NCBI RefSeq assembly: GCF_016433145.1
Contig: NC_058133.1
Location: 439,277,973 to 439,341,972, forward strand
Direction: 5' to 3'
Origin: Gracilinanus agilis
Lineage: Eukaryota
DNA: 64,000 bases
Shown: positions 61,846-64,000 of the stretch, piece after piece
Position numbering within the stretch: the stretch's first letter is position 1
Layout of the letters: each line of letters starts with the position of its first letter
Notes under the pieces: generated by a model
The model's input: the letters and a program-made list of their open reading frames with translations, nothing else
The model's database searches: none
Told to the model about the DNA's origin: nothing
Program-made: the position numbers and the translations under genes

Positions 61846-62013
61846 TAGGAGTTCTTAACTTGCTGTCCATGGACTTTTAAAAATAACTATATTTTAATGG
61901 AATTGGTTCCCTTTGCAAACCTATGTATTGTATTTTGTGCATTTGGAGCATATTCAGAGACAATCAGATTGCCAGAGGGGACCTATTAACATAGAAAAAT
62001 TTACAAATCTCTG
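61846..62013 (+). mobile_element. Charlie4-like hAT element; partial second copy at 59935-60027
   Basis: taggagttcttaac start; gtccatggac...ataactatattttaatggaattggttccctttg...ctatgtattgtattt. Confidence 0.7.
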
Positions 62014-62198
62014 CTGTAGTGGAAGCAAACATTTGATCAGAAATAAAGGGGACCAGGATATGGCTTCTGCCTTCAAAAGCTAACTTTTTCAATGGCTAAT
62101 GTTTAAGAAAAGTACACTGATTTTAATGTACATAATGATTTTTTAAATAAATAAGATCACTTAATTTTATAGTTGGTGGCATACTTTTATATCTGCAG

Positions 62199-62303
62199 AG
62201 TAAAAAGAAGTTTGAGAGGGAGTGCAGAGAGGCAGAAAAGGCTCAGCAGAGCTACGAAAGATTGGACAATGACACCAACGCAACCAAGGCAGATGTGGAA
62301 AAG
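62199..62303 (+). CDS. FNBP1L: FNBP1L exon 6 ([35 protein letters not shown]); gene continues beyond the window
   Basis: Acceptor atctgcAG at 62197-98; 105 nt; donor GTAAGC at 62304; cumulative CDS 510 nt with no stop. Confidence 0.98.
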
Positions 62304-62579
62304 GTAAGCTACCTAAAAATCAGAAACAATCTACTGACTTTGAAGTTAAAATGGCAGCATTTTCTGTAGAAGGGAGTCTGACATGCTCAGTCTTTGTGGT
62401 GATTTTTTCTCTGGTGTTTAAATGATTTTCTTTTTTTCATCCAGTAGATATTGTGTATTTGTTATTATAAAGTCACAATACTTTGAAGAGTTGTTGATTA
62501 TTTTATGTGTCGTGTACATAGACATAGTTTTTGCTTTCATGGAGCTTCTGTTTCAGGAAAAATAAGATAGAAATTATGT

Positions 62580-64000
62580 CTAAGTAATTTAAAGATGAAC
62601 GAAAGAATTTACTAGACAAAATAACAAAATTCATTTTGAAGAACAAAAGATCAAGAATACCAAGAGAATTAGTTTTCAAAATATATGAAGAAAGAGGGTC
62701 TAGCCATACAAATTTGAAAGTATACTAAACAATGATGATCATCAAAACAATCTGGTCCTTATGGATAAAGGAAGAATTTATGACCAAACAAGACATAGAG
62801 AATGTTATGAAAAACTAAATGAATAATTTTAATTACATTAAATTTAAAAAATTTTATACAATAAAACCAATATAGCCAAAATTAGGAAAAGAGCAAATTG
62901 GTAAAGAATTTTTATAGCAAATGTCTCCTTTATCAAATATTTAGAGAATTGAGTCAAATTTATAAGAATATACAGTATTCACTAGTTGATAAATGGTCAA
63001 AGGATATCAACAAGCAATTCTCAAATGAAGAAATTAAAATTATATAGTCATATATCAGGAAATGCTCCAAATCACTCTTTATTGGAGAAATGCTGATGTA
63101 AACAACTCTGACATACCACCTCACACCTATCAAATTGGCTAATATGACAAAAAAGGAAAATGATAAATGTTGGAGGGGATGTGGGAAAATTGGGGCACTA
63201 ATAAATTGTTGGTGAAACTGCTAACTAATATAAACATTTTGGAAAGCAATATGGAACCATGCCCAAAAGGCATGTATATGTATATCCTTTCACCCAGCAA
63301 TTCTGCTCCTGGATCCTAGAGAGATCAGAGAATAGTGGGAAAGGACCTACTTGTACAGAAACATTTTTAGTAGCTCTTTTTGTAGAGGCAAGGAATTAGA
63401 AACTGAAGGGGTTTTGAAAATGATGGGTCCCCCATCATTTGGGGAATGGCTGAACAAGTTGTGGTGTGTGATTGTAATATAATACTATTGTGACATAAGA
63501 AATGATGAAGAGGAAGAGTTCAGAAAAACCTGGAAAGACTTATATGAACTGATGCAAAGTGAAACTCATGCAAGACTGGGAGAATAGTGCATACAGGCCA
63601 GAAGGACCAAACTGTTACCGGCAAAACTGAGTTCCAAGATAATCCCAGTGGACTCATGGGGGAGGGAGGAGGAATTTTTTTTTTTTTTTAAAAGAAAGAA
63701 CAAGCCACAAAAGAATTTATCCTTTTATGCCCAGACCTCATCCTAAGAGTCTGGGATAAAATTTTAAAAAGACAATCCCTTTCTTCAAAGACAGGAATAA
63801 ATTAGGTTCAGACCAATACCTTAAGCCATATACCAAGAATAACCTTCGATGAATACCTGACCTAGATATAAAAGGTCACATCATATATAAATTAGAGGAA
63901 TAAGGAAATCACCTTTCACATCTATAGAGAGAAAGGAAGTGTTTAAGACCAAAAAACCAAAAACAGAGTAAGAGAAGATAAAATGTATGCAATTGAACAT
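62580..64000 (+). mobile_element. Old L1 ORF2/3' UTR fragments (~62580-63670 and ~63690-64000)
   Basis: cacctcacacctatcaaattggctaatatgacaaaa...aaatgttggaggggatgtgggaaaattggggcactaat...ggggaatggctgaacaagttgtgg. Confidence 0.85.

Noticed and set aside
62161-62198. Alternative acceptor ttttatAG at 62171-72 before exon 6
   Set aside because: It would add 26 nt and frameshift; the downstream CAG gives the conserved frame.
11984-62303. Assignment to FNBP1 or TRIP10/CIP4
   Set aside because: Diagnostic stretches ([40 protein letters not shown]) match FNBP1L.

Overview
Marsupial genomic DNA. The SINE1_Mdo-type SINEs, MAR1, marsupial L1s and hAT MITEs point to an opossum, most likely Monodelphis domestica. 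The window holds the 5' part of FNBP1L (TOCA-1) on the + strand: a CpG-island promoter (~11.45-13.25 kb) and six coding exons (11984-12007, 44271-44386, 55722-55775, 57573-57720, 58099-58161, 62199-62303). Together these give 510 nt / 170 aa of the F-BAR domain, all with GT-AG introns, and the gene continues beyond the window. The remainder is intergenic or intronic DNA dominated by SINEs, L1/HAL1-like, L2, L3/CR1 and RTE fragments and hAT/Tc-mariner MITEs, many with readable target-site duplications (TSDs). I found no second protein-coding gene and no convincing novel multi-gene system. The best leads are small-scale: a 69-nt near-perfect hairpin, a close inverted pair of young SINEs, candidate poison/cassette exons, a local ~93-bp duplication, a SINE whose core is replaced by foreign DNA, a nested ORF2-less L1 stack, and MITEs resembling a horizontally transferred hAT family. 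Repeat family names are recognised from memory, not from a database search, and boundaries of old repeats are approximate.
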